From the NCBI RefSeq assembly GCF_006345805.1, contig NC_042997.1, positions 117,800,001-117,864,000 on the forward strand: DNA of 64,000 nucleotides, given 5' to 3'. This stretch comes from Octopus sinensis. Lineage: Eukaryota. Positions 34,976-48,584 of the stretch are shown here, piece after piece. The notes beneath the pieces were generated by a model that worked only from the letters and a program-made list of their open reading frames with translations, had not been told where the DNA came from and did not search any database. Position 1 is the first letter of the stretch. Every line of letters starts with the position of its first letter. The translations under genes were made by a program, and so were the position numbers.

Positions 34976-37710
34976 TTTTTGTTTATTTACTCCACAGATT
35001 TTGCCTTTTCATTAAGTATGTAGTTGTCCCTGGTGAGGGAGAAGTTTTATCACTCAACAAATTCAAAACTGCACTCATATCTTATGGTAAAGTAAAAACT
35101 TTGGTGTACGTCTTACTCAGTGACGCATTGTCTTTACTTCCACATCAACTCCTAAGTAATTATTATTATTATTATTTATTTACAAATTTGGTTCATTTTA
35201 ATCTATTCAGTAAGTTTGGTTTACAAGAGACTAACGTTTAGTGTTTTTTAATGACGGAAAACATTTTATAATTTAATAAACATTATATGCGTAATATTAT
35301 GGAGCTGCTAAAATTGAAATTCTGCAGCTCTAGAATTTCAAAGTGGTATTCTTTTAATGTATTATAAACATATATTTTCATAAACATTTTATCAAATACT
35401 ATGGTAAATAGCATAATTACTAGTTACTTGTAACCTATATAATTACTAGCTGTATTAGTAACATTATAAGTTGTTCCTCTTTTTTTTTTTATTTTCTCAT
35501 TGTAACCTCCAACATGGTCAGTGAACTATTATTTTCAGTACGTTTGGACATAAGGTGGTGGGTCTTTTAATGTGTTATTAAAATTTTTAATGTTTGAATG
35601 ATGATAAATTTACATGCGAAGGACAATTGATTATGCACTTGGTACTTTTAATTTAAGAAGCAATTAGGTTTGTAAGAATATTATTATTATTGTTGCCCTA
35701 AGAATGTTTGTCTGTTTCCTAATACTATTGAACTTAGAGATTTATAAAGCTCAGATCAGTGTTCAACTAATTTGATAAGATGTCTGTGCTCTCTGCTACT
35801 TGGTCCTTGGCTAGCTCTATTCCAGCTGAACGATTGCTGACTATTTAACTGTTTCTTGAAATTCATGTCCTTCCTCGTACACTGAATCAGATTTTAGCTG
35901 ACGGGTCACTTTTACCTGGTGATGATGTGATAAAAATCTTTCATCACGTCTGGTGGCCCTCAATCCTCTGATGTTGGAGTAACTCGTCATAATCTCTTTT
36001 AAGTTGGTCATTTGCAATGTATGGGTCATAGCACCAACCTTCTTTATTTTAACTGTGTTGCCATGTTATTGAATGTCCTCCATTATAGAACCTGTCAGTT
36101 ACAGATTGCAACGGTGAATTGTCCAGAGGTTCTTACAGTTATTGTTTCTTAACTTGGTTAATCCTTTAGTGAATAAACCAGCCTGAATGTTTTCTATTTT
36201 ATGTTCAAAGTACCCAGCTCTGGCTCCTCACACCTGCTCTACTATGTCAATCTAAACATAAACAGTCACGTCATTGAAATATTAAAGCCACAAGATGATG
36301 CATGATTAATTCAAAACATTACATTTGACAGATTAATCTGAATGCTAACGAGTTCAACATAGACCTTAATGTTTAAACGTTTTCTTTCCTACTGAGTGTC
36401 TTCAAAAAATATATTGGTAGCTACCTTCCTTTCCAAAGACAATAGTGGCACCACGGTGTCATCTCAATGTCTCTCTGTGCATCTTTGATGATGGTGTGTC
36501 TCTGGAGTCACCCTCACATGGCAAACTCTGTCACACCAACTTCATCATCATCACCATTTAAGATCCACTCTGTATACTCACATGGGTGAGATGGAGGTTA
36601 TTGAAGCAGGTTTTCTGTTCCCAGATGCTTTTCCTGTCACAAGCCTTCACCTATTTCCAAGCAAAGTAATATTTTTCCATAGCAAGACATGATCTTCACT
36701 GAAAGCTCAAAACGAACAACCTCATTTGTATGACAGTGATCCTCATTTACAACCATACATATGTATGATAACTGAGCCTGCCACTTTCTTCCATTCTACA
36801 CTTCTCCATTTCTACTCCCAGTACACCACTTTGGGTGCATAGTAATTATTCAATACATCCCAGCTGTTTACATTGACCTTGAATGCAGGAGATCAAATCA
36901 TTTGCTTGAAGACAAAATAAAGGAATCTCTTTTTCCTTTTTATGTTGAAAGCTAACTGATAAAGTTCTTGTGCATCACATATTAATTAAAACTGAGCCAA
37001 ATTAGATGCATTTAGCTATTGGCTGTTGTTCAAAAATATTCTATTTTATATGGTTCCCACATATGATAATTTATATAGTTTCATTATGCCTCAACATTGT
37101 AAATAAATTCAATAATTTATGTTCATAGTTAGCAGAATATATTCAACAAACAAACCTCATGTCCCCAAACTGTTACAATTCACTTTCTGTTCTGCTTGGG
37201 AGATATATTTATCTCTAGAAAAATGTGTGTTGCCTTTGCACAAGTGAATGGAGCTATTGCATCTACTTCAGTAGTATTATTATTGTTATTATCTGTATTT
37301 ATTTCATCAATTACATTTATCTTCTAACAGCTTCAATGGTTACATTTGGGCCTGGGTTTTAAGAAATAGCTGTTCTTGTAGTATATTCCCTCTTATCTAG
37401 TACTCAAATAACTGGAACTCTCGAACAACTGGCACCCAGAAAATGTAAATATTGTATTGTTGTTTAGTCAAGGAAATTTGTGTTAATTGTCATCAGTGGT
37501 AAGAAACTATCAAAGGGGTTTTTACAGCAGGTCTTCAGAGGAGAGGGCTCTTGGCGAGTGTTCTAAAAAGTACAGTACAGTATTTCGTTTGACTGTATTT
37601 ACAGTTCCTGTGTTTTATTGGGTTGATAAAACTTGTTCTTTAAATTCTATTTTTATTTCTTCTCTTTAGCTTATTTCTACTATGTTTTGAATATTGATGA
37701 TAATACCAAA

Positions 37711-38357
37711 GTGTGTGTGCGTATATATATATAAGTATATATGTATGTTTATAGGTATACATATGTATGTGTGTGTGTGTGTGTATATATATATATGTAT
37801 ATGTATACGTCTATGTGTTTGTGTATATATATATATATGTATACGTCTATGTGTGTGTGTATATATATGTATACATGTGTGTATATATATATATATATGT
37901 ATACATGTATGTGTGTATATATATATATATATGTATACATGTATGTGTGTATATATATGTATACATGTATGTGTGTATATATATGTATACATGTATGTGT
38001 GTATATATATATGTATACATGTATGTGTGTATATATATGTATACATGTATGTGTGTATATATATATGTATACATGTATGTGTGTATATATATATGTATAC
38101 ATGTATGTGTGTATATATATATGTATACATGTATGTGTGTATATATATATGTATACATGTATGTGTGTATATATATATGTATACATGTATGTGTGTATAT
38201 ATATATGTATACATGTATGTGTGTATATATATATGTATACATGTATGTGTGTATATATATATGTATACATGTATGTGTGTATATATATGTATACATGTTT
38301 GTATGTGTGTATATATATGTATACATGTTTGTGTGTGTGTATATATATATGTATACA

Positions 38358-38402
<45 letters not shown>

Positions 38403-38615
38403 GTGTGTGTATATATATACATGTATGTGTGTGTGTATATATATATATATGTATACATGTGTGTGTGTATGTATACATGTATGTGCGTATGTATGTATGT
38501 ATATATATGTGTGTATATATATATATGTGTATACATGTATGTGTGTGTATATATATATATGCATTATATATATCTTGTATATGTATACATATATATATAT
38601 ATGTGTGTGTGTGTA
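37711..38615. repeat. Minisatellite, 24-26-bp unit (TA)nTGTATACATGTATGTGTG
   Basis: Directly visible; the unit contains the palindrome ATGTATACAT. Confidence 0.95.
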
Positions 38616-38970
38616 TTATTCTCCCACCTGTATTTTACCGTTACTCTTTATTCTTCTATTCTATTCCTTATAAACTGTAAATTTTCCCTGTCTCAAATAT
38701 CCATACCTTGAATCAGATGACGGAATACCCAGTGTGTGGACATCCCTACCTATCACTTGGTTCATCCCAGAAACGGTTGTAAGACTTCAAACTCACCTTA
38801 CCCTAATGAAATTGTTCTAAATGGCTTAAGATATTCGTTCTGCCTTGGTTTTGCTTTTTCGTCTAATATAGGTATATATAATTTGTGTGTATGTATATAT
38901 ATGTATGTGTGTGTATATATATATGTGTATATGTATATATATATAATGTATATGTGTATATGTATGTATA

Positions 38971-40380
38971 TCATCATCATCGTTTAACATCCGTTTTCCA
39001 CGCTAGCACGGGTTGGACAGTTCGACCGGGGTCTGGGAAGCCAGGAGGCTGCACCAGGCTCCAGTCTGATCTGGCAGTGTTTCTACAGCTGGATACCCTG
39101 CCTAACACCAACCACTCCGCGTGAGTAGTGGGTGCTTTTTACGTGCTACCGGCACAGGAGCCAGGGGAGTCTGGCAGTGGCCATGATCATTTGGTGCTTT
39201 TAATGTGCCACCGGCACGGAAGCCAGTCAAGGTGGCACTGGCATTGGCCACGTTCAGATGGTGCTTTTTACGTGCCACCAGCACAGAAACTAGTGGAGGC
39301 GGCGCTGGCATCGGCTACGTTCGGATGGTGCTTTTTATGTGCCACCGGCACAGGTATCACAACTACTATTTCTATTGATATTTATTTCAATGTTCATGTA
39401 CTTGACTCAGTAGGTCTCCTCAAGCACAGCGAGTTGTTCTGAAATCCAAGGTACTTTGAATTGGGCAGGGGCTATGCGGAACTGGTGCAGGAAGCAGCCC
39501 AGGTCTTTCTAGTCACAGCATATCTCCAGAGATCTTGGTCCTTCATCATTGCCTCTGTGAGGCCCAACGCTCTGAGGTCATGCTTGACTACCTCATCCCA
39601 TGTCTATCTGGGTCTACCTCTCCCTCTGATACCTTCAACTGTTTGGGAGCGTTACTTCTTCACACCTCTCCTCATCCATTCGCAGTACATGACCATACCA
39701 TCGCTCTTGCACACCACATATGATGTTTCTTATGTCCAGCATTTCTCTCAGGGTGCTTACACTCTGCCGTGCGCGCACACTGACATTACACATCCAGCGG
39801 ATCATGTTAACTTCATTTCTTTCAAGTCTATGCATGTCCTCTGCAGTCACAGCCCATGTTTCACTACCGTGAAGCATAACAGTTCGCACACATGCATCAT
39901 ACAATCTACCTTTCACTCTGAACGAGAGACCCTTTGTCGCCAGTAAACTTTGCCCAGGCTATGCATATTCTAGTGGTGACACTCTGAGCATCCACCTCCA
40001 CTACTAACTTGGTCACCCAAGTAGCGGAAACTATTAACTACTTCTAGTTTCTCCCCCTGGAGTGTGATGGAATCTATTTTTTGAGTATCTGTGGTGTCTA
40101 TTGTCCCTGTGCATCTGCCGCACATGAATTCTATCTTATCAGTTAATTTCCCTTCGATGTTGCTGCACCTCTTATGCGTCCGTAGCTTACACTGGGTACA
40201 TCTTATGGAGTTTCTACCTACACCTTTCCTACAGATCGAGCAGGGCCACCTGCCCGAGGGGGTGTGTGCTGAGTTCGCCTTTCTGCTTACTATAACTTTG
40301 GTCTTTGCTACATTTACTCTAAGGCCCTTTGATTCTAACCCTTGCTTCCACACCCGAAATTTCTTTTCTAGTTCCGGTAA
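38971..40380 (-). mobile_element. RTE-clade LINE, second subfamily, 5'-truncated against a TA/TGTA array
   Basis: ORFs 39970-40353 and 39635-39916 ([17 protein letters not shown]...[14 protein letters not shown]; LYDACVRTVMLHGSETWA), with a (GAT)n tail at 38971. Confidence 0.93.
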
Positions 40381-40401
40381 TATATGTATGTCTGTATATA
40401 T

Positions 40402-40453
<52 letters not shown>

Positions 40454-40474
40454 GTATGTGTATATATGTATGTG

Positions 40475-40507
<33 letters not shown>

Positions 40508-40516
40508 GTATGTATG

Positions 40517-40547
<31 letters not shown>

Positions 40548-40577
40548 GTATGTATATATATGTATATATATGTATGT

Positions 40578-40612
<35 letters not shown>

Positions 40613-41888
40613 GTATATATGTATGTATATTGTATGTATATATATGTATGTATATATATATATATTGTATATGTATGTATATGTATGTATAATATATATA
40701 TATATATATATGTATGTATATGTATGTATATGTATATGTATGTATATATATGTATATGTATGTATATTATGTATGTATGTATATATAATATATATATATA
40801 TTATATATATATGTATATGTATGTATATATATGTATATGTATATATATATATATTATATATATATATATATATATGTATATTATGTATATATATGTATAT
40901 GTATGTATATATAGTATGTATGTATATATATGTATATGTATGTATATATATATAGTATGTATGTATATTATGTATATATATATTATGTATATGTATATAT
41001 ATATGTATATGTATGATATATATATGTATATGTATGTATATATGTATGTATTATATATATATATGTATATGTATGTGTATGTATATGTATATGTATGTAT
41101 ATATATATATTATGCATATGTATGTGTATGTATATGTATATATATATTATGCATATGTATGTGTATGTATATATATATGCATATGTATGTGTATGTATGT
41201 GTATGTATATATATATATATATGTATGTGTATGTATATATATATGTATATATATATATGTGTATGTATATATATATGTATATATATATATATGTATGTGT
41301 ATGTATATATATATATGTATGTGTATGTATATATATATGTATATATATATATGTATGTGTATGTATATATATATGTATATGTATATATGTATGTGTATGT
41401 ATATATATGTGTATGTATATGTATGTGTATGTATATATACGTGTATGTATATATATATGTATGTGTATTTATATGTATATGTATGTATATATATATGCAT
41501 ATGTATGTGTATGTATATGCATATGTATGTGTATGTATATATATTCTCTTTTATGTATATGTATATGTATGTATATATATATGCATATGTATATGTATGC
41601 ATATGTATGTGTATGTATATGTATGTATATATATATGCATATGTATGTGTATGTATATATGTATGTATATATATATGCATATGTATGTGTATGTATATAT
41701 GTATGTATATATATATGCATATGTATGTGTATGTATATATATATGTATGTATGTATGTATATATGTATGTATATATATATGTATGTATGTATATATATAT
41801 GTATGTGTATGTATATGTATGTATGTATATATATATGTATGTGTATGTATATGTGTATATGTATATATATATGTGTGTGTGTGTATAT
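40381..41888. repeat. Degenerate TA/TGTA microsatellite array, 1.5 kb
   Basis: Directly visible; source of the spurious 599-aa ORF. Confidence 0.95.
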
Positions 41889-44800
41889 AGAAAGAATTTT
41901 AACGACTCATATAAGGTGTATTGGTAATTGAAAAAGTGGTGGAACAGATAGCCAGAAAATTCAGATGTCCAGCAAAACCTCCAGTCCCTCTGGTGCTGCA
42001 TAGGAGAGAGTTTACTGTATTTATTTTAGTTTTGTAATCTGCTGCACACTATGACCACAACAAAAAAATCTAGTTTTATTCTCATCTATAAGCTAGTGTA
42101 ATGTGAATGAATAGTTTTGGCGTGGCTTTAACTGCTGTATTTGTCTCCAGCTCTACATTTCTGTTTAAAAAGAGTGGGTCCTGCCTTAAATAAAAGTGAA
42201 TCATTCACTAAAACCAATCAGATTTCCACTGGACTGTTGAAAAGGTGTTTAGACCACCTAACTTTCTTCATCAGAGTAATTTTATATATACCTAAATATC
42301 TCTTCTTTTTCTCTCCCCGCCCCCTCTCTTCATATGCATTTCCATTGGAATGGAGTTACATTGCATTTTCTTATGCAAGGACAGTTTCATGTTTGAAATT
42401 AATTTGGAATCATTCGTTAAGGAGAGATTTCTGTGTTAATGGTTTCCCCCCTTCTACCTGTTTTGTTTTCATTTATCATTACTTTGTCCTCCGTGTCAGA
42501 GGATTTGATCTCAGCCCTGCAAACCACCAAAATCACTTGTCAGCAATTTCTGGTAAATTCAGTTCTCCACTGGGTCCTCAACCTATTGTTCTTTTCATTT
42601 TATCTTCTCCACTGCTAGATAAGTGGCATTCAGGAAGGTCATCTACTTTGACCTGGACACAGCACAGTGCTTATAATGGAGTGCGAACTCCTTGGTCCAC
42701 TGCGAAGGAGGCCAACCCTTTATCCAGTCAACTAACTGTAACTTAACCCTATTATTACTTAACCTCTATCATTTGAAATCGTCCAGTCCTTATCAAGTGT
42801 TCTAACCTGCCTTACACAAGATACCTGACATAGCTTCCTCTCCTTGGAATTGTCATTTGTAAAAAAAAACAGCTTTAATAATAATATGTCTAAAATTTGG
42901 AGGTACATTAAGATTTCGTTTATATTTTGAATTTAAAATGTCTTTTCTTTCATATTTCTAGTCATTTCCCCTCTATCTCTCTTTCACTCCCTTCCCTCCC
43001 CTCTTTCTTTTCTGTCTGTCTGTCTTTCTGTCTCAGTTAAATAAAATATACTGCTTCTAAGTTGATCATAAAATTCAGGTAAGATAATAATTTATCTCCA
43101 AAATCATTTATATGTACAATGAATTTATGGAAGCATATCTTCTGTCAAAATAAAGTATTTCATTTTTATGGGGTTTTTTCCCCAACATTATTTGCTGTTT
43201 TGTGTTTTTTTTTTTTTAATATTCTTTTAATCTGAATTATGTGTTCTGTACAATCCTCTTATTGTATTGTATAAACTGTAGATTTAACTATCTCAAACAA
43301 AGCTGATAATGAAGGAATTTCTGTAAGCCAAACTGAATTCTAATTCTTACTCACTTTTTTTAGTAATGCTAGACATTGTTACATTGAAAAATGAAAAGGA
43401 AAAAAAACAGTAAACCTTGGTAGTTTTGGTTGGGAGTTATATTCTTTTTCAAAACATCCATGGTATTATGTTTTGTTTGTATGCATATCATCATCATCGT
43501 TTAACATCCATTTTCCATGCTAGCATGGGTTGGACAGTTCGACCGGGGTCTGGGAAGCCAGGAGGCTGCACCAGGCACCAGTCTGATCTGGCAGTGTTTC
43601 TACAGCTGGATGCCCTTCCTAACGCCAACCACTCCGTGAGTGTAGCGGGTGCTTTTTACGTGCCACCGGCACGGAAGCCAGTCGAGGTGGCGCTGGCAAC
43701 AGCCATGTTCAGATGGTGCTTTTTACGTGCCACCAGCACTGGTATCACAACTACAATTTCCATTGATTTCGGTTTGTATATATATTTTAATATCTATCGG
43801 GAGCGACAGAGTTATTCAAGGGTTGAGAGTTTCAAGCATCACCAAAACTACATGTATATACACAATATTGCTATTTTTATCACAAGTCTATATACATTCT
43901 TAAAATTCTATAAAGACCATTACAATCAAATATGCAAAATTTAACCTTTTGCCGATAAAATTTATTGGCTTTACCATTTAGTTTTAACTTTTATTTCATT
44001 AATTCTTAAAAAGAATTTTTTTCACATATTACTAGTACTACTCATTACTGTGCTTGCGTTGCATAAAAAGCACTAAGTCCACTCTGCTGAGTGGTTGATG
44101 TTAGGAAGGGCATTCAGCTGTAAAAATCCTTCCATAACAGTTACAGAAGTCTGGTGCAGGCTTTGGCCTAGCTGGCTCTAGTCGTACCATGCCAGCATGG
44201 AACACAGACGTTAAATGATGATGATGATTACTAATATGTTAAAATCTGCTGATTATAAAGATTAGTTTTCTACTTCATCAATGCTGTGTCATCATTTTAC
44301 ATTCCTCTTCTTTCTGGGCATGAATTGGACTGGTTTCAGCATCTCATTGCAGTTCTGTTGTCATCTGGTGCATGCAGTATGCCATGCTTTCAAAGTTATT
44401 TCTTTCCTTTTCGTTACAGCATGGATCGGTTGAATTTTACCACCTTCTGCTGACAATGTATCAGATTTTTGTAACAGTTCTAATGAGTTCTCTCTACTTA
44501 ATATCACATCTCTTTCAGAGATACAGTTCTCTTAGATGGGTTGTCTTCATTGAGACTTCAAATAACTAAAAAGATAAAGATTTGTGTTAATAGAAAAGTG
44601 AGTTTTACCTGTGCTTTGCTATTCAGATATCACTCTTCCTTTCTTTTCCAGATTTCTTTATACCAAAATTCTCTTTAACCCTTTCATTACTACAGTTCTC
44701 ACCAAAATACACTCTTTCATCATTGTCATCATCGTTTAACATCTGCTTTCCATGCTGGCATGGATTGGACAGTTTGAAAGCTGGCGAGCCAGAAGGCTGC

Positions 44801-44959
44801 ACCAGTCTCCAATCTGATCTGGCAAAGTTTCTACTGCTGGATACCCTTCCTAATGCCAACCACTCCTCAACAGGTTTTCGCAAGCAATGATTGAAGGGTA
44901 CTTTTAATGGGTTGATTATACAGCACTAACATAGGCCACAGTCACAGTCACTTGTCATT

Positions 44960-45290
44960 GCCTTGGTAAGTCCCAATGTTCGAAGGTCGATCTTCACCAC
45001 CTCACATCAGGTCTTCCTGGGTCTACCTCCTCCGCAGGTTCCCTCAACCGCTAGGGTGTGACACTTTTTTGCACAGCTGTCCTCATCCATTCGCAACACA
45101 TGACCATACCAGCGCAGTCGGCTCTCTTGCACACCACATCCTGATGCTTCTTAAGTCCAACTTTTCTCTTGGAGCGCTTACTCTGTCGTGTATGCACACT
45201 GACATTACACATCCAGCGGACCATACTGGCTTCATTACTTGCAAGCTTACGCATGTCCTCAGCAAGCACATCCCATGTTTCACTACCGTT
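44960..45290 (-). mobile_element. Short internal RTE LINE fragment (C-terminal ORF region)
   Basis: EDMRKLASNEASMVRWMCNVSVHTRQS; homologous to 13870-14170 and 23870-24130. Confidence 0.85.
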
Positions 45291-45715
45291 TCAATTAAAT
45301 TCTAAAATAATCCTAAATTTAGACTGGTTTCATAACACAAATCTAACTTCAAAAAGCACCCAGTACACTCTTGGTTTGCATTACAAAGGACATCCAACTG
45401 TAGAAATGATGCCAAAACAGATTCTAGAACCTGGTGCGGCTCCTGCCAAACATGGAAATCCAACATTAAACCATGACAATGTTGATCCACATATTCATGG
45501 CATTGTTTTCTTCTTACTATTTTGTCTTGTGAAGTTTTTCTTATAATCTCTGAGCGAGAATTGATCAGTGGATACAAGCCAGATAATGCAAATGACCACT
45601 ACTACAGCCAGAGCCAAGCAAAGCCTTGTGAGTAGGTTTTCTTGATAGAAGCTGAAACTAAAAGAACACCAGTGTGTGTCTTTGTATCTCCTCCTCCTTG
45701 GCATCACATGATATA

Positions 45716-46135
45716 TCATCATCATCATTTAATGTCCATTGTTCATTCTGGCATGGGTTGGACGGTTTGACTGGGCTGGAAGGCTGCACCAGACTCCAGT
45801 CTGATTTGGCACATTTTTCTACAGCTGGATGCCCATCCTAATGCCAACCACTCCAAGAGTGTAATGGGTGCTTTTACATGCCACCAACATTGGTGCCATT
45901 TGCATGGCACCGGTATCTGCCATGACTGCAATTTTGCTCAGCTTGATGGGCTTTCTTCTCAAGCCCAACATAATGCCAAAGGTCTTGGTCGTTACCTCTG
46001 TGAGGCCCAGCACTTGAAAGGAACTCAGCCACCTCGCCTCCGTGAAGCCCAACACTCGAAAAGAACTCGGCCACTTGACCTCCGTGAAGCTCAACACTCG
46101 AAAAGAACTCAGCCACCTTGCCTCCGTGGAGCAAA
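45716..46135 (-). mobile_element. RTE-related 3'-end element with tandem 36-bp subrepeats at its 5' side
   Basis: (CAT)n tail at 45716 and three copies of CTCCGTGAAGCCCAACACTCGAAAAGAACTCAGCCA-like units. A related copy lies at 19670-20030. Confidence 0.75.
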
Positions 46136-47511
46136 TGTCACTATGATACAAGCAGTGTCCTTCCTCTCCAATCTTCCACCGGAAATATTGCCTTACTTGG
46201 AAGAAAGTGAATGTTGACGTCAAAGGTATTCAGCTGTCGAACGTCAGTTCTTTGAGAAATTCAGTCTGATCATGCAAGCATTGGAAAAGCCTGATGATGA
46301 TAATATGCTGGACCTGGAAGGGACGTACTTGCTATCTATGTCCTTTGCAGACGTAATCCAACATCTTTCCTTTTTTACTTGAAATCTGGTACTTAGTCTA
46401 TAGGTCTCTTGCTGACCTGCTATTACAGGGACATAAACCAACACTGGTTGGCAAGGGACAAACAATGACACACATATTTGATGATATTCTGCACAGTTTC
46501 TGACTCCTAAGTTCACTGACAGGGTATTGGTAAGTCTAGGGCGATAATAGAGATTTGCATTGTTCCGAGTTCAAATCCTAACTGTTTTCTTTCTTCCTTC
46601 TAAGACTAATAATTACTCGCAGAACCCATGAATATTTCATGGAATTAATGGTAAACCAATTGGGTTATTTCTGAAAACTTTATCCAAAAAACCTGAAAGC
46701 GTAGCCTGTGTTGTGTCTGTATGGTAAGATAGTTGCTCATTTGCTATTCATTGGAAAGTTAAAGAAATTGGAATACGATGATTACTTCATGCACTTTATA
46801 TATTGTATACACAGTTTTATAGACTTAATACATAGCACTCTTAAAATAAATATTCACTTTTATTTTCCCTATCAACAAAAAATATATCCTGTACATATGA
46901 TACAACCTTTAGTTAAATTGCATATATCTGCCACATAAACATGAATATGGAATTGCACTTATGCGCTAAGTGATAGGTGATATAGAAAACTTAGTTCAGT
47001 TGAAAAGAAAATACACTTTTCACTATCCAATCACCTCTCTCTCTCTCTCTCTCTTTCTTTAAACTCACTATCAGAACATCACCCCTCTGCTTAAATTAGA
47101 TTTTTTAACTCTTCTCTTCTATATAATCACTACCTTCAACTAACTTTTTTAGCCACATAATAAATATATTCTCCCTACTTCACATCATGGATGCTTCTCT
47201 CTTCCACTTTTTCTCTAATCATGTGAAAGCATTACCGACAGGCTAAGTAACAGAATGACAAGCAGAATTATTATGAGATACCTACTCTTTGTTGTTCAAA
47301 CCATTTTGTTTTGTGGCAATTCATAGGAAAACAATATTTCCATGTGAGCACCATAGAATATAGGGAAACTATTTTCTGACATAAAGTCTCTATTTTTTTT
47401 TTCAAAACTAAATTTACAGCAAGATAAAAGAAAAAAGATCGGTTTGTACACCAAAATAGCATGAAAGGAGCCAAAAATTGCATGTGAAATGCAACAGGAT
47501 TAGGAGAGATC

Positions 47512-48570
47512 ATCGTCATCATCATCATTTAATGTCCTTTTTCTGTGCTAGCATGGGCTGGATGGTTCGACCGGGATCTGGGAAGCCAGGAAGCTGCACC
47601 AAGCTCCAGACTGATCTGGCAGTGTTTCTACAGCTGGATGCCCTTCCTAATGCCAACCACTCCATGAGTGTAGTGGGTGCTTTTTACATGATACCGGCAC
47701 AGGTGCCAGGGGGGGGGGCTGGCAGCGGCCACGATCGGTTGTGCTTTTTATGTGACACCAGCACAGAAGCCAGTCAAGGCAGCGCTGGCATTGGCCACGT
47801 TCAGAGGGTGCTTTTTACTTGCCGCTGGCACAGGTATCATAACTACAATTTCCATTTGATTTTTATTTTGAATGTTGATGTACTTGACTCAATAGGTCTC
47901 CTCAAGCACAGCAGGTCGCCCTACGATCCAAGGTAAGCACTATGTACTTACAATGAATAAATTGACAAATACAGTCTGTTTCTTCAGGCCAAACCTGTAG
48001 TCTGGTTTTGGTTTCCTATTTCAAACTTTGTTTTATTTCATGACTTTTCAGGGGAAGACATAGAAGTCATGAATGCCATTTTACTTCCCCAACGTCTCCC
48101 TAAAAATCTGAAGCTTTTATTTGTGTAAGAAATTAGTTTTTTGTGGACACTTGAAATTGGCCTTTTACCAAATTTCATTTGGAGTTGATTTCATGTCAAC
48201 ATTTTGTATTGACGTCATGACCACATCATCAGCAGCAGCAGCATCATCGTTTAACATCCGTTTTCCATGCTAGCATGGGTTGGACGGTTTGACCGGGATC
48301 TGGGAAGCCAGGAGGCTGCACCAGGCTCCAGTCTGATCTGGCAGTGTTTCTACAGCTAGATGCCCTTCCTAATGCCAGCCACTCCGTGAGTGTAGTCGGT
48401 GCTGTTTACGTGCCACCGGCATGGAAGCCAGTCAAGGTGGTGCTGGCATCGACCACGTATGGATGGTGCTTTTTACATTCCACTGGCACAGGTGCCAGAG
48501 GAGGCTGGCAACGGCCACGATTGGTTGGTGCTTTTTACGTGCCACCCACACGGAAGCCAGTCAAGGTGGC
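47512..48570 (-). mobile_element. Two RTE 3'-end elements (47512-47935 and 48222-48570)
   Basis: Both begin with (CAT)n-TTTAA..TCCG/TCC-TTTTCCATGCTAGCATGGG and are colinear with 38971-39430. Confidence 0.85.
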
Positions 48571-48584
48571 ACTGAAATTTGCTG

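Larger units (their letters stand above)
37468..48124 (+). other. Speculative multi-exon coding fragment (about 116 aa), possibly EF-hand-like
   Basis: Hand-assembled phase-compatible segments 37468-37498, 37670-37710, 44420-44457, 46226-46324, 46605-46650, 47420-47441 and 48052-48124. Several splice sites are weak and no homologue was recognised with confidence. Confidence 0.2.

Noticed and set aside
35887-35947. Minus-strand GTGATGA...CTGA (C/D snoRNA-like)
   Set aside because: Box C is sequestered by a perfect internal complement, there is no terminal stem, and no rRNA complement was recognised.
35841-36190. Protein-like short frames on both strands
   Set aside because: No frame stays open between plausible splice sites, and the implied intron would be only 45 nt.
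34056-38711. ORFs of 150-328 aa
   Set aside because: Microsatellite and minisatellite artefacts.
38798-38980. Minus-strand exon DEKAKPRQNEYLKPFRTISL
   Set aside because: Lies in a probable repeat block next to a microsatellite; no partner exons found.
40091-42001. 599-aa and overlapping long ORFs
   Set aside because: They run through a TA/TG microsatellite that lacks stop codons; the translation is Y/I/M/C/V low complexity. The 5' part is the antisense of an RTE fragment.
42141-42746. 201-aa ORF
   Set aside because: TTG start and no recognisable domain. A faint LDK...VIYFD resemblance to CR1/L2 RT is too weak to call.
43037-43078. Exon-like segment with very strong acceptor and CAG|GTAAGA donor
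   Set aside because: Stops in all three frames; could only be non-coding, and there is no evidence to attach it to a transcript.
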